Shown: one piece after another, positions 1 through 11,800 of the stretch
How positions within the stretch are numbered: position 1 is the first letter of the stretch
Layout of the letters: every line of letters starts with the position of its first letter
Source of the DNA: Macrostomum lignano
Taxonomy: Eukaryota
Assembly (NCBI GenBank): GCA_002269645.1
Contig: NIVC01000129.1
Location: forward strand, 542,755-606,754
Length of the DNA: 64,000 nt
Direction of reading: 5' to 3'
The notes under the pieces: generated by a model
Told to the model about the DNA's origin: nothing
Database searches by the model: none
What the model saw: the letters and a program-made list of their open reading frames with translations, nothing else
Translations under genes and position numbers: made by a program

Positions 1-106
1 TTCCACACTTTTGTGGCCATTATTCCACAGTTTTGTGGCCATTATTCCAAACTTTTGTGGCCATTATTCCACACTTTTGTGGCCATTATTCCACACTTTT
101 GTGGCC
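1..106. repeat. 22-bp tandem repeat (TTCCACACTTTTGTGGCCATTA), about 5 copies, runs off the window start
   Basis: Unit read directly in the sequence. Confidence 0.9.
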
Positions 107-1791
107 TTTTTTCGCATTTTTTTCACTTTAATACACAGATAAAGAGGGGTGGATGGACAATAAACGAGAGGAATTAGTGACGTGATGAAAGCTGTACATG
201 GAGTAAATATACATTGGGGAGCAACTGTTGAGTAATGGATGCAACTAATCGCTATTGGGTCTGGATGAAAGTTTGTCTACAGTGACTAATTGACTGACTC
301 CAAAAAAATGGGAAATTCAGTGCAGCTTTCCAAAACGCACTTTCATCAAATATGAACTGTGAAATATGAAGTATGAATTGTGACTCTTGGAAATAGCAAT
401 TAAGATAGAATTCGCACGGAATACCATTTCTACACTTTGAAACTGTCATTTTCGGTTTAGTTACTCGCGACTGGCAAGAACTGTTTGAGCTGGTTGAATA
501 CCAATTGTTTCTTTAAACATAAATGAGTAAAGGCCAGCTTTGAGCAAATCGAGACTGAGGATGCGAGTGCAGCATGCCTACACTATCGTTTTGAATATCA
601 AAAAGCCGTACATGGCCAGACAGCTCTCAAGTGCAGCAGTATTTAACATCTGCTGTGTACTACGTCTCGTATAGACTCATAAAGTTTGTCAAGACTGAAG
701 CCGTGGAAATGCGGGATATGAAGCCCACGCTGCATTATGCGCATTTCAGCTCATGTTTTATACATATCTCAGAAAGTTCAGTCCACAGAACTTGAAAGAA
801 TGAAAGAAGCTTGAGTGAGGAAGCCTTAGAATCCAACAATGCATTCAGACTGCCGCAGAATTTGGTTGCTGAAGTGGTTTGTACAGACTGCATTGGAAAA
901 TGCGCTAATTAGCTGTTGTGCCTCCCTGCTCCCAGTTGAGTTCTCGGGGCACGTGAATTTAAAGTACAAAAATCAGCAATTCTGTCCGCGAATCACAATA
1001 TATTTAAAAGAAAATTTTCTTTGAAAGAGGTTACTGTAAGTTTCCACCTTAATAAATCTAATTCCTGTTCGACCTGATGTTACAAACACCGACGCAAGAT
1101 CGAATAAAATATTTTTAAATTACTTCCAAAAACCAACGTGCCATTCACGATAATAAAACATCTTCTCCTCTGCGTCCATTTGGCTGAGTTCAGTCGGTGA
1201 TTGCAAGATTTTTTATCTTAACGAGCTATTTGCTGGCAGGTAATGTCTTAGTTTTAGGCATAAATCAACGCTCTGAGAATCTACCTCTAAGGCATTAAGC
1301 TCGAAGATTAAAAATATTCGCGCTCGAGTAGTGATTTTACCATTTACAAAGACTTCGCTAAGCAGCTAATACGTCTTTCCAGGGGATTTTCTTCAACTTG
1401 TTCTGCACCATGCATGCATTAGTCCTTTTTCACTCAGTAGTGATTAGGCTGTTAACGGCTAAATTGTTAGAAATGTTCGAAACGGCGTAAATTCTACCCA
1501 TTGTCATTACAGTCTAATATACTATTGTTACAGTCTAATATACTATTGCTCAGTAGGTGTACGCAGCTTGGGCAAGGGCTGCCAGTTTTTCCAATCCTCA
1601 TCGAGGCAGATCCGGCCAATCCAGAGGCTGTAGGGTCGGAAAGGACAGAGAGAGGAGAGCCTCAGCCTTGGCAACGAGAGTAAACAAACATCGCTTGGGA
1701 TAGACGGCCACTGTTGTCCTGGACCATTATTAAACCCTTTCCTCGGCTAGGGGCATGGGCGGAAGAACCAAGCGTTTCCTACCAGAGAGAC

Positions 1792-4700
1792 ATGACTGTG
1801 AAAAAATCTGCTCGATTTCTGCTTTGCTGGCTCGTCTGCTGCTGCTGCAGTTCGGTCTGCTTTGGCTACAGGTGGGACTACATCAAGATGCCGGACTTCA
1901 AGGGCACTGAGTACATCTTCCGCTACCCGCTCAAAGATGACTTGACACAGAGTGAATACGAACATGGGGAAAAGTACCAAATATTTGCTTCGGCCTGCTT
2001 TAATCTGACAGAAAACAGCCACAAAATCTTTGCTCCGCTTAACGACACGAGAGCGCTGGATGCGTTTACGAAATTGTTTGCCGAAAAGTGAGTCGCTTTC
2101 TATCATTTTTAGATTATAATTATTAGTATATTGAAGTTTTTGCTTGCTTAACTCGAAACATCGTATGAGATTATTTTTGGAAGACTCAAATCCACAAGTA
2201 GTATTTAAAGAACATTTTTATCTGGTAATACGAGCTTGTATTTTAGCCTGTGGTTCAACAGCAAATTATGGTCACGAAAGTCACAGGGTTTGTAGACAAC
2301 ATATTCTCAATACATTTTCCCTCTTGCCGAATATTTTAGTGCAACCGTCAAAACGATTCTGGACGACAAAACTCTCTGCACCAACTGGACCTACCGGCCC
2401 TATCACTATTCTGGAGGAGCCCCGGTGCCCCTGGCCTGGAACATGTTCGGGCCGACTTTCACCCCGCCAGCATCGCTGTGGGACGGCTCCTCTGCAGACA
2501 AGGCTGCAAATCTGATCACACTGAAGCGATTTGGAAGCATGTTTAAGTACTCTGCGGAGAAATCCAGCGTCGAAATGTACTACATGTGCGAATACTTTGC
2601 ACTGCGTGAGTTGAGTTCATTTATTTGCTGAAATTCTTTAGTACCTGTAAAATGTTTGCTCTAAGATTTCGTTGCCGAAGAAAAGAAAAAGTAGCTCTCA
2701 TCAAAAGATTAAATAAAAGCATCGTGATCCGCAAACTGACGGCCCCATTTTCAGCCAACAGCTCAGCTTCGGATACATATCTCTGCAGCCAGGCGACCTC
2801 TGTTGCCAGCTGGGACGGTGGCCCAACGGTCAACCAGAGCTACTGCGTGCACAGGCCGAAGCGAAAGCCGGATGACGATTACAAATCTGACTACTCTGGC
2901 TACACTCTGTTCTGCGAGAGAGGCGGCGGACGCCCAGCGCAGGCGGAGAGCGTGGAGAAGCGAATGAAGCTGTGGTTGGTTTCAAAAATGCGTACACTTA
3001 TTCCTATGTTGTTTCCATCGTGTCAGTACGATTATCTTTTGCCGACGAAACTGAAAAGGGGGTTTGTCATCTTGCTCCGACAATGGACGCGGTTTAATCG
3101 GGGGCGGGAGGCAGTTTCTTTGTCGGGTCTCTCCATTTGATCGGAGCTGTGTGTATAGTCCACAGACCATATAGAATATAGACCAGTAAAGTGAAGAAAA
3201 AAGTGGGCCATTTCCCCCCATAAGAAACTGTTCCCTCTCACCCACCCCAGCTCGATCGATATGTGGTACAGGGCGGGCCTCTTTTCCATAGTGCTCCTAT
3301 TGGACACATGCATTTGAGATATTTTTTTTCTTTTCTTTCGGTTCGGTTCGGCCAGACAATCGTACCCAAGGACTGCCATTGATTTCGGATTAGTTTCAGC
3401 ATGTGCGGAACGTCAAGAAAGGTTGACACTGATGTTTGGATCACATGGATGCGGAAATGAAGCATTAACATTGTCCCACGAACTTATCTTGGCACCGAGA
3501 GTTTCAATAGCCTTAATATTATGCTGCGTTCCGTCACACGTAAAAGATGTTGCGATAACACCAACCTGGTACAGCCGCTGGATGCACTCCTCAACAGCAG
3601 TAGCTAAAAATTCCCCATCAACGCCGTTGACTAAGAAGTAGCCTAAAGGCAGTTTCCAGTAGTTCTTCAGCCCAACAGCCATCAACACAAGTGCAGATGA
3701 TGCTTCCTGTTCGCTTACGTTGCCATCTCCCTTGTCGACAAAGCCAAGGAACCTGCCCTCGCAATCGCTCCATTCGACCATGGACTTCAGAGACATCTCG
3801 TCTGCTACAATGTTGCAGTAGTCAAAGGCTTGGCCATTGGCTGAGCTGCGGCGACGTGATAGCTCTTGAAATGCTTGGACGCAAAATCCTGGAAGGCATC
3901 GCACACTTGAGATCCATTTCCGTAAAGACGATGGATGCGGAAGCTGGAAAAACTTTCTCACGTATTCGTATGCCTTAGGACTGTAGTAGTGCAACGTTGA
4001 AGCAAATCGCCGAACTTCAGGGGGAAATTTTTTTATTCTCCTGTTTTTGGTTGGCACTAGACAGTTCAACAATGAATTTGATGACAGAAACTGCAGACGG
4101 GATGCTGCAGCTTCGTCAACAATATTGTTTACCTTAAGCGCTTTCAAAATATTAGTCAGTGACTTCGACCGCGCCCTCAGTCGCTGGTGCCTCTTGTTCA
4201 GAGCCCTGAATTTGCTGTACTTTTGAGTGATTGATTTACTCATGATCTCCAAGGCTCGTGAATTTTTCTTCGCGACCGAATGCGCAAATAAAAGCCGCTT
4301 GTACCTGCGCTTCAGATTCTTAAGCTCTCTTACTTTTACTTGATACGCCTCCTTGCTTACACAGTTGAAATGAGGATCCAGAACTGGTTCGTGGTCAGCT
4401 CCATCTACGTTGGCAGCGAGCTCATCAAGCGGGTTGAAGGATGCAGGCCGCGGCAGTTCGCGGTCCGGTTCACTGAGAAAGGCACTGAAATCGATTTCGG
4501 CAGCTGCAGAAGCAGATGCGGCAGTCATTCTCTTCCTCCTTTTTTGCGCAGGTTGCAAGTGACTTGGAAAGGCAGGAAAAATCGATGGAATCGCTCCTGG
4601 ATACAGCCGCCTTTTGCACATTTGCTGAGAGGCATTAAATTGCTCAACGAAGCACGATAGAGAGAAGTGCTCGGAGCAAATTCTTGATGACGATGACGGC

Positions 4701-7700
4701 TGAAAGCCTTCTCGACGGATTGCTGAGATCCATTTTTGCTTCAGCTCATCGTCTTTCGGAAAGGAGTGAAAGGACACTCCAGTTGTCAACGAGGACTTGT
4801 TTGAGCAGCCAAAAGCACAGCAATAGTTGCCACACTTTCTGGTGCTCTTCTCTTTTTTTGATACGCTAGAAGCAGGCTGCATTGATAAGAATGCTTGTTT
4901 GAGTTTTTTGCGGGATATTTTTGCAAGGAAATATTTATTTTGCCTCTCTGAGGTTTTAAAAGTCTTTATAATGAGTAAATTTCAAGCACTGGCCAGCTTT
5001 AAAAATGAGACAGCCCCATTTTTTGTACCACATATCGATCGAAGTGGGGCTTTGGGGGAAGGACCATTTTTTGCGTTGCTTTTTTGTCCCACAACGCGCC
5101 TGGGCAGGCCCCCGAGATTCGCAGTCTATATTCTATATGGTCTGTGGTATAGTCATCAAAATAGCTTTTATCTATATCTTTTGCTCATATCCAGTTAAGA
5201 GCTATATAACATGGACAACTAAATTATACTACTGATCCTAATTTTCCTTGTACTACTGGTACCTTACTAAGATAGGGATACACGGAGATAGGATTTCCAT
5301 GATTCTGCATGATCCGACAGAGAAAGTGCCCCTCGGATAGGCCTTTAAAATATTTTCGGAACAGCTGAAATCGCCTTTACGCACTCGAGGGTTTTACCTG
5401 GTGTGAGAAAATATCAAAATAGAGATTTGAAAGCTTTTCGTTTCGCTCTCTATTCTACATTTTTTGCGTCGGATATACAGTTGTAGTAAGTAATAATACA
5501 TACATATTAATACTAATTAATAAATACTGTTTAATTTTTAGGATATTCGTCAACCAAACCGTCTTGCCAAGCGATTGGGTTCCAGACGAAAAACACCTGC
5601 TGCTGGCTCTGATGTTCGACACCGGCATGACCAACTGGCGCTACCAGTCCTTCTGCATCCCTGGAACTCCGTGCCGATCCAGCTTTAACAAGGAAATCCT
5701 TAGCCAGGATAAAACTAAGGGCCTCGTGGTAACTTACAAATGGCAGCACTCGTTTCCCAAGGAGGTCAAGGCAGAAGAATACGACAAAGACTGTCCAGTG
5801 CTATGCACAGGTACGGCTTGCAGATAGTAGCTGCTGCTAACACCACCAATAATGTTCCTACCCTAACCCTCTTCCAATAAACTGAATTCGCACGCATCGA
5901 AATCATTTGCAGCCATGACCTGCCCTAATCCGCACACTGATGACCAGCTGAATGAGAAGAATCTTATCTGCACCTCCTGGAACAGCAGTCGGACGGCAGC
6001 AGAGCTGCAACTCAGGAAGCTGCCATTTCAGCAGATTGAGTACACCTGTGTGCCGAATTTCGTCTTTCTCGGTGCGGAGAGCAACACCAGCATTGCCAGA
6101 CGATGCACCCAGGTAAATGATTTCTCGCTAAGTTTTATTCCGTTTCGCTTATCGCATGCGGACCATACAACCGATTTCGTTTCGTAGAAAGCAATTTAAA
6201 ATTTAAAATTCATTTAAAAGCTAATAGAAACGAAAAACGCAAACTAAACACAGTCTGCGTCATTCAGGAATTCTATCGATTTCATACCCAACCACACAGT
6301 TTGCAAACGCAAACGGGCTTCAAATTTCATGAAACCGCATTTACGATGGCATCCGATTGCTAAATGAATAAGGCCAAGGCGCCAAACTTGTTGATTAAAA
6401 CATGCGTAGGACAAAAAGGAAGCCAATTTTTGAATCATGGGAACAGATTAGGACGGAACGGGACGCTACGACTCGTAAATCGGCCATGGCGACCTGTACA
6501 GAACTTGAACTGAAGTATTCGACCTTAAGTGCTGAATTTGTTTACACTTAGAAGTCAAAAAACGTTTTGCAGCTGTACCGTACGCCTGAATAATGATCAA
6601 TAGTCTATAGGACTACGCAGCAATAATTTTCGTATGCATGCACATCGATTTTCGGAAACAGGACGCCGTGTGGGGCAGTGGAATCCCGACCTGCGTGTCG
6701 CGGCCGTGCACTCCGATGCCCGTCTATCCGAATGACACAGCCGTCATCACAAGCTACACCTTTAAAGGAGTTACCTACAGTTATTCTGACGGTCAGTTGC
6801 TGACGCAGCTGCTTTCGAATGGAACTTTCCGGCCGGGAGACAATATCCAGATATCCTGTAAGCCTGACCTTATGGGCTCCAGCCAAACCGCCTCCTGCAT
6901 GTCTGGCGGCAGCTGGAGCCCCGTCACCATGGACTGCAGCCCTGGATACTGCGGTGGCGTCTCCGTCCCTCCGACGGTGGCCAACGCACAATCAAATGCG
7001 ACCTTCGGAAACACATCTTGGGAGGGCGCCAGCCTCGCCTTTACCTGCAACACAAACTACAGCGTCGGCGGCCTACCCAACGGATCTGTCAGCTTCGTCA
7101 TCAGCTGCATCAACAGCAGCTGGACCTCGTTCGCCCACCTGAACTGCCGACCGACCGCCTGCTCGAGTCTGCCGCCGGGACTGGGAAACTCCAGCCTGTA
7201 CAGCTCGCTGAACCTCGAGCAGGAGCTGCAGACGGGTCTGCCGGCTTCCGGAGTGCAGGTCGACGACAGCCTCAGCTACGAGTGTCGGCCTGGCTTCGTT
7301 CGGACGACGCAGAACCGGCGATTGAGCATCTTCTGCAGGCTGGGAGACCGCTGGGAGCCGGACGTTCCCGGTCCGTGCCAGCTGCTCAACTGCTCACAGC
7401 CGGATGCCATCGTGCTGCAGCCTCAGGCCGCTCGCATGACCGTCATCAATGCATCGTTCAACTTTGCTAACAGCTCGCACCTGCCCTACACAAGTTTGGT
7501 GCGGCTGAGCTGCGAGGAGCCGTACTTTGCCATGCCGGGCAGCAGCGAGCTGGCCGTGTGCGGACTGTCAGACGGAGATCCGCCTGCGGCAGTGTGGCGC
7601 AGCGTCGGCTCAAATGTGGCCTTCAGCTGCCGCAGTAAGCAGCTTGTCATTATTGCTTCTAATCCGAAACTTGGAGTGGTGGCTTGCAAAAGAATGTACA

Positions 7701-8617
7701 CCACTCTGGGCAATCTAGTTATAGATACCGGTATATAAATTTTGTATTGAACTGCCGTCTTTTTCAATAACAAGCCATCTCCGAATCTTTTGTAGAGCAC
7801 TGCAACAACAGTCTCTTGGCGCAGCTGGTGGGATTCGGACTCGTCGACTTCCCCACCAGCTCCTACACGGATCCCGACCGAGTTGCCAACGTCACCTGCC
7901 TTTCGAACGCCTTCGCTCCGCTGGCGGCGAACGTCAGTCTACAGAGCGACTCGCAGTTCCTCCTACAGGCGGTCTGCACCGCCGGAGACTGGACGGTGCT
8001 CAACCAGCTGCTGCTGCCGACATCGGAGACTCTGTGCCAGCCGAAGCCCTGTCTGTTGCCTACCAACCTGACTCGATCTACAGCCGTGCCCAGCAACAAC
8101 TTGGGAAACGTGACTACGGGAGACGGTCAGGTGTACCTGCCAGTGAACAGCACCGTGGAAGTGAAGTGCTGGCCAAACAGCCGTTTTGTGGACGCGTACG
8201 CCAGCTCTTGGACGGCGACATGCGAACTCGGTTTGTCAATTTGTTCATATTATATTTTGTTTGTTTAGCAATTCAGGCTTACGCTTCATGAAGCTTATGA
8301 TAAAATGCGAATTGAGATTTGGTGCAATGGCGATATACCAGGCCCTCAGTGGAGCTCCGGTGGCTCCATGAACTGCCAGCCGATCGCCTGTCCGGACAGC
8401 CAATTTGGTGCCGGGATCGATCCCAGCGTGCTTGTCGGTCCTCTGAACGCCACAACTATGACTGGCGCGGTGGCTGGCCCGTTTTTTATCGGAGACCAGG
8501 TGGCGTTCGTGTGTCGGGAGAACGCCTCGTCTTCGGGTTATGTACGCCTCAACTGCACAGCGGGACCGAATTTCACAGGTGTCTGGCAGCCAAATATTGG
8601 CCCGCCGTATTGCCCAG
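1792..8617 (+). CDS. Gene A: secreted protein with N-terminal C-type-lectin-like domain and multiple Sushi/CCP-like repeats; 8 exons, about 978 codons, 3' end unresolved
   Basis: Exons 1792-2087, 2340-2605, 2755-2974, 5542-5810, 5913-6112, 6662-7634, 7796-8230, 8342-8617 all have GT-AG boundaries and join in frame. Signal-peptide-like start (MTVKKSARFLLCWLVCCCCSSVCFG), CTL-like end (YMCEY), repeated Sushi-like motifs (YECRPGF...C...W.P....C). Same exon structure in paralog B. Confidence 0.8.
3161..5146 (-). mobile_element. P-element/THAP9-family DNA transposon, internally deleted, in intron 3 of gene A
   Basis: Perfect 23-bp TIRs CACAGACCATATAGAATATAGAC (3161-3183, 5124-5146); 8-bp TSD GTATAGTC (3153-3160, 5147-5154); 19-bp subterminal inverted repeats (3252-3270, 5024-5042); THAP-transposase ORF inside. 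Confidence 0.95.
3413..4882 (-). pseudogene. C-terminally truncated THAP-domain P-element transposase (489 aa)
   Basis: THAP zinc finger (CCAFGC...FHSFPKD...KW...ICSEHF...AIPSIF), coiled coil, STLHYYSPKAYEYVR motif, first two catalytic Asp motifs (ADEM, TCDG). ORF stops just after FPHPCDP, lacking the remainder of the catalytic region. Confidence 0.9.
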
Positions 8618-11104
8618 GTGAGAATTTTCCTGCTGAGACATACTGACAGAGCAAAGTGTTATGGAAATTATGGAAAGCAAGCAATGAAGGTAAGTAATAA
8701 ACTGGTAAGTTCAGGCAAAGCAACCCATTTAAGTGTACTCGTAGTCTTTTTACTTCTGGTTGGTATTCGAGGGAACATTGTTAGTGTAGATATGTGGGTA
8801 GTTAGTTTCGACGTCATCTTCTCTTGAATTTTTCACCTTCAATTTCAAAATGTCTTCTTCAAATAATGACTGGCTAATTTTTAACGCTCACGTTAGTTGT
8901 GCTTCCTTTAATTACGCTCAAAGTTTTATGAAAATGAAGAATGTCTACAGACTCGACGGACTTACACAACAACAAAGCCCCCAGATTCGCACAAGATTCG
9001 GATCGAGACCAACATTTAATGAGAATAACAAAGTGGAATTTTTAACCAACTACTGACATCAACAGCTAATTAAAGGAATGATTTACTATCTCTTGAATAC
9101 AATTCTAGTGTATGAGCAATGAAATCCTGTGTCAAGAAAAACACTTTGAAGTGAAGTTTTAATTGATACGTATAATATAGCATAAGCTTGGCTTTTTGCA
9201 TCGTTTTGTCAATTCTAAAACTGACTACCTTGAATTCTTTACGAACTTGACTGCACTGGCTTTAAGCATTCATTTTTTAAACTTTATTACCTGCTCTGCA
9301 GCAAGAGCACACTTTGTATGTTTTATGCATGTGCAATAGCTCGTACTTTTATTTGATGAATGGATATTGTGATGGATCACAAGCCGTATCATTTACCTCT
9401 TGGTGTGCAATCCATATTCTAAGAGTTCCCTCTAACGCATGCTTGCAAGCAGATAATTATTTTTATTCAATAACTGCAATTCGTTCGTTTATCTTACGCA
9501 CGAAAACTCTTATCCACATTGCATTTACCTGTTTGGAAAAACAGTTTGCAGTTTTTTTGTATCCAACATCTTTACTCTTGAAAAACTTTGTTATAAATTT
9601 TGCACCTGGTCTACGTTAACCAGAGTTGTGGCCTGAAATATTGCGAAAATTTTCCTCCCGCGTCAACAAGCACTCCAGCTCCGGCTCTCAATGATTCTCG
9701 AAAGCCATCATAACAGAATTGTTGCATTTTTAGCTATCTGTAAAGCTACACTTTGACTTTGAGTTTAGCTGAGACGATTTTCATTTTTTGGGACATTTAT
9801 ATTTAAAATATTTTCTGTATTCAGAATTTCCACTTCAACTCCAAAATGTGCTATGAAATTTACAATATACTGTTAATTCCTATCAAAAATGACAATATCC
9901 AATTCGGCACAGAGAAATTGATTAAAACAAAAATTCATTTCTCTACACATTTTGATTGTCTCAACGATACTGCGTATTGCTATGCTGTCATTGATATTCC
10001 GCAATATCATTTCTCTTTAGTGCAGGACCACTTAGCTAAATTAGCTTTTAGACTCTATGCAAATGTCCTATCAAAACTTTGCGGACGATAAAGCAACATA
10101 TCCGGGCCGTATGAATTTATTAACAGCTAGATTTGCAGGACTCAAGCTGTACTGCATTCACAGTAGATTGTAAATGAATAACAGTACCTCTTTGCCCGTT
10201 TTGGGGAGAAGCAAGCAAATTCCATTGTTATTGAAAAGCCTGCAGAGCCCCAGAGCATACAGGCATTCTGCTGTTGGGTCAGTGCATACAGAGAAAATAG
10301 CAGTTCAAAATGAAGCCGACTCCCCATCCCTAAAAGACTGCTGATCAAACTCAGCTCAGGCTTCTCTACTCTCAGCCGCGGAGTTCTAAACTAAGTAATC
10401 TGGATCGAAATCAGATTATTTTGTCAAATGTGACAAATTCAAAGCATTTTCCGTCAAAATTAAATACCAATTTTCCCAGATTCAGAATGTATAACACTCT
10501 ACATATAGCTTAATTATTTTGTTGGCTAATCAGACTTCAAAATCCTTCTCGGAAAAAGCAAAATTTAACATATATTCAAGGTATATGGCTAACCTGTGAG
10601 GTCACTACTATAGCTAAGTTGCTGTCTAGTAAAGTCTAGAAGATGGACGTTCCAGAGAAAAGCTATAAATGTACTGAAAACAATCAGCGCATGGTATCGT
10701 AAACCACTACGCTCCACCGAAACGCCTATTATTACAATAGCCTCACCAGAGCAATATATAGCCCGCCTTTAGCTGTTTGCTTAAGTAGTTTTTTTTAACT
10801 TAGAATTTATAACCACTTACTCGTAGCTATGACTAGCCACCCATGGTTGAATTAGTGTAAACTGCACAGCCATTTAATCTAAATACATGTATAAAATTGC
10901 AATTTGAATACTTGTGCTGGTGAATAGAGGCAGAAAATATCATGCTAAAAAGCATGCAACCCGCAGGTATTCGGGCCTCCATTTGTAAATGTAATTATAG
11001 ACTTATCTGATTCCGTTTGACAACAGATTGAATCACAGATTTAGTCCCAATTTATTTCAGTTCCATTTTACAGCTCGGTTAGGAATTATATCAGCAATCA
11101 GCAA

Positions 11105-11365
11105 TCAGCTGCAGTAGCATCGAAACAGTCTCCGGTACCTCTGGCAGATGCCGTCCCGACCCACCCTGCCGCAGCCGTTCAGTCTGGAGCACGCCTCCTG
11201 GCTCTGGAATTGGTAGGCCAGCCGCATATCGCACAGGTCGCCCCAGACCGCGGCCGACATCTCCGAGTGGCCCTCGACCGGGCTTTTCACCAGTGCAGCG
11301 CAAGCGATGGCAGCTACTATGAGTAGCGTTGTAGAGCTGCACTGATCGACATAGCAATGAGCCAT
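11105..11365 (-). CDS. Secreted 6-cysteine defensin-like peptide (86-aa precursor)
   Basis: Hydrophobic signal (LLIVAAIACAALV...VEG), mature part with C-x13-C-x5-C-x8-C-x8-C-x-C, gamma-core-like GICx8C, Arg-rich C-terminus. GC-rich island in AT-rich DNA; splice acceptor (TTTTTACGCAG) 5 nt before the ATG. Confidence 0.7.
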   Translation of the reverse strand: MAHCYVDQCSSTTLLIVAAIACAALVKSPVEGHSEMSAAVWGDLCDMRLAYQFQSQEACSRLNGCGRVGRDGICQRYRRLFRCYCS

Positions 11366-11684
11366 TCGGACTGCGTAAAAAAACTAACAACTATTCGTAA
11401 CAATGTTTGATGAATTCGAAAAATATACTTTTAGCTTAAATTCTTTGTTCTAATAAGCGAAATTGGCGGTAGGTATTTTTAAAAAGCTTTTTCAGGCCAT
11501 AGATAATATTTTACGAACAATATTATATGTACGAGTAAAGCATGTTGTAGACAAGGGCTAAACCATTAATAATCCATAGAAATAAAGACTTTCCGTGACA
11601 ATATTTGCGTTCTCCAGGATTTTATTTGGTAATATTCAATAATATCCCGCAAAGTCTTAATGTCTATGGTTTATACGAGAATAC

Positions 11685-11771
11685 ACATGCCTTTTTCGGG
11701 AGTTATTTTCATAAATCCCTCGGGCCTCAGGCCCTCGTGATTTATACAAATAACTCCCTCAAAAGGCATGT
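11685..11771. repeat. Imperfect ~87-bp palindrome with central GGGCC-TCA-GGCCC hairpin, probably part of a small non-autonomous element
   Basis: Arms ACATGCCTTTTTCGGGAGTTATTTTCATAAATC and GATTTATACAAATAACTCCCTCAAAAGGCATGT are near-complementary. Confidence 0.7.
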
Positions 11772-11800
11772 TTAATCTGATACTTATTATTATCTTTGAT

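Noticed and set aside
3919-3931. Short match to the start of a flatworm spliced-leader sequence, as recalled
   Set aside because: About 11 nt, inside transposase coding sequence, with no donor or Sm site; coincidental.
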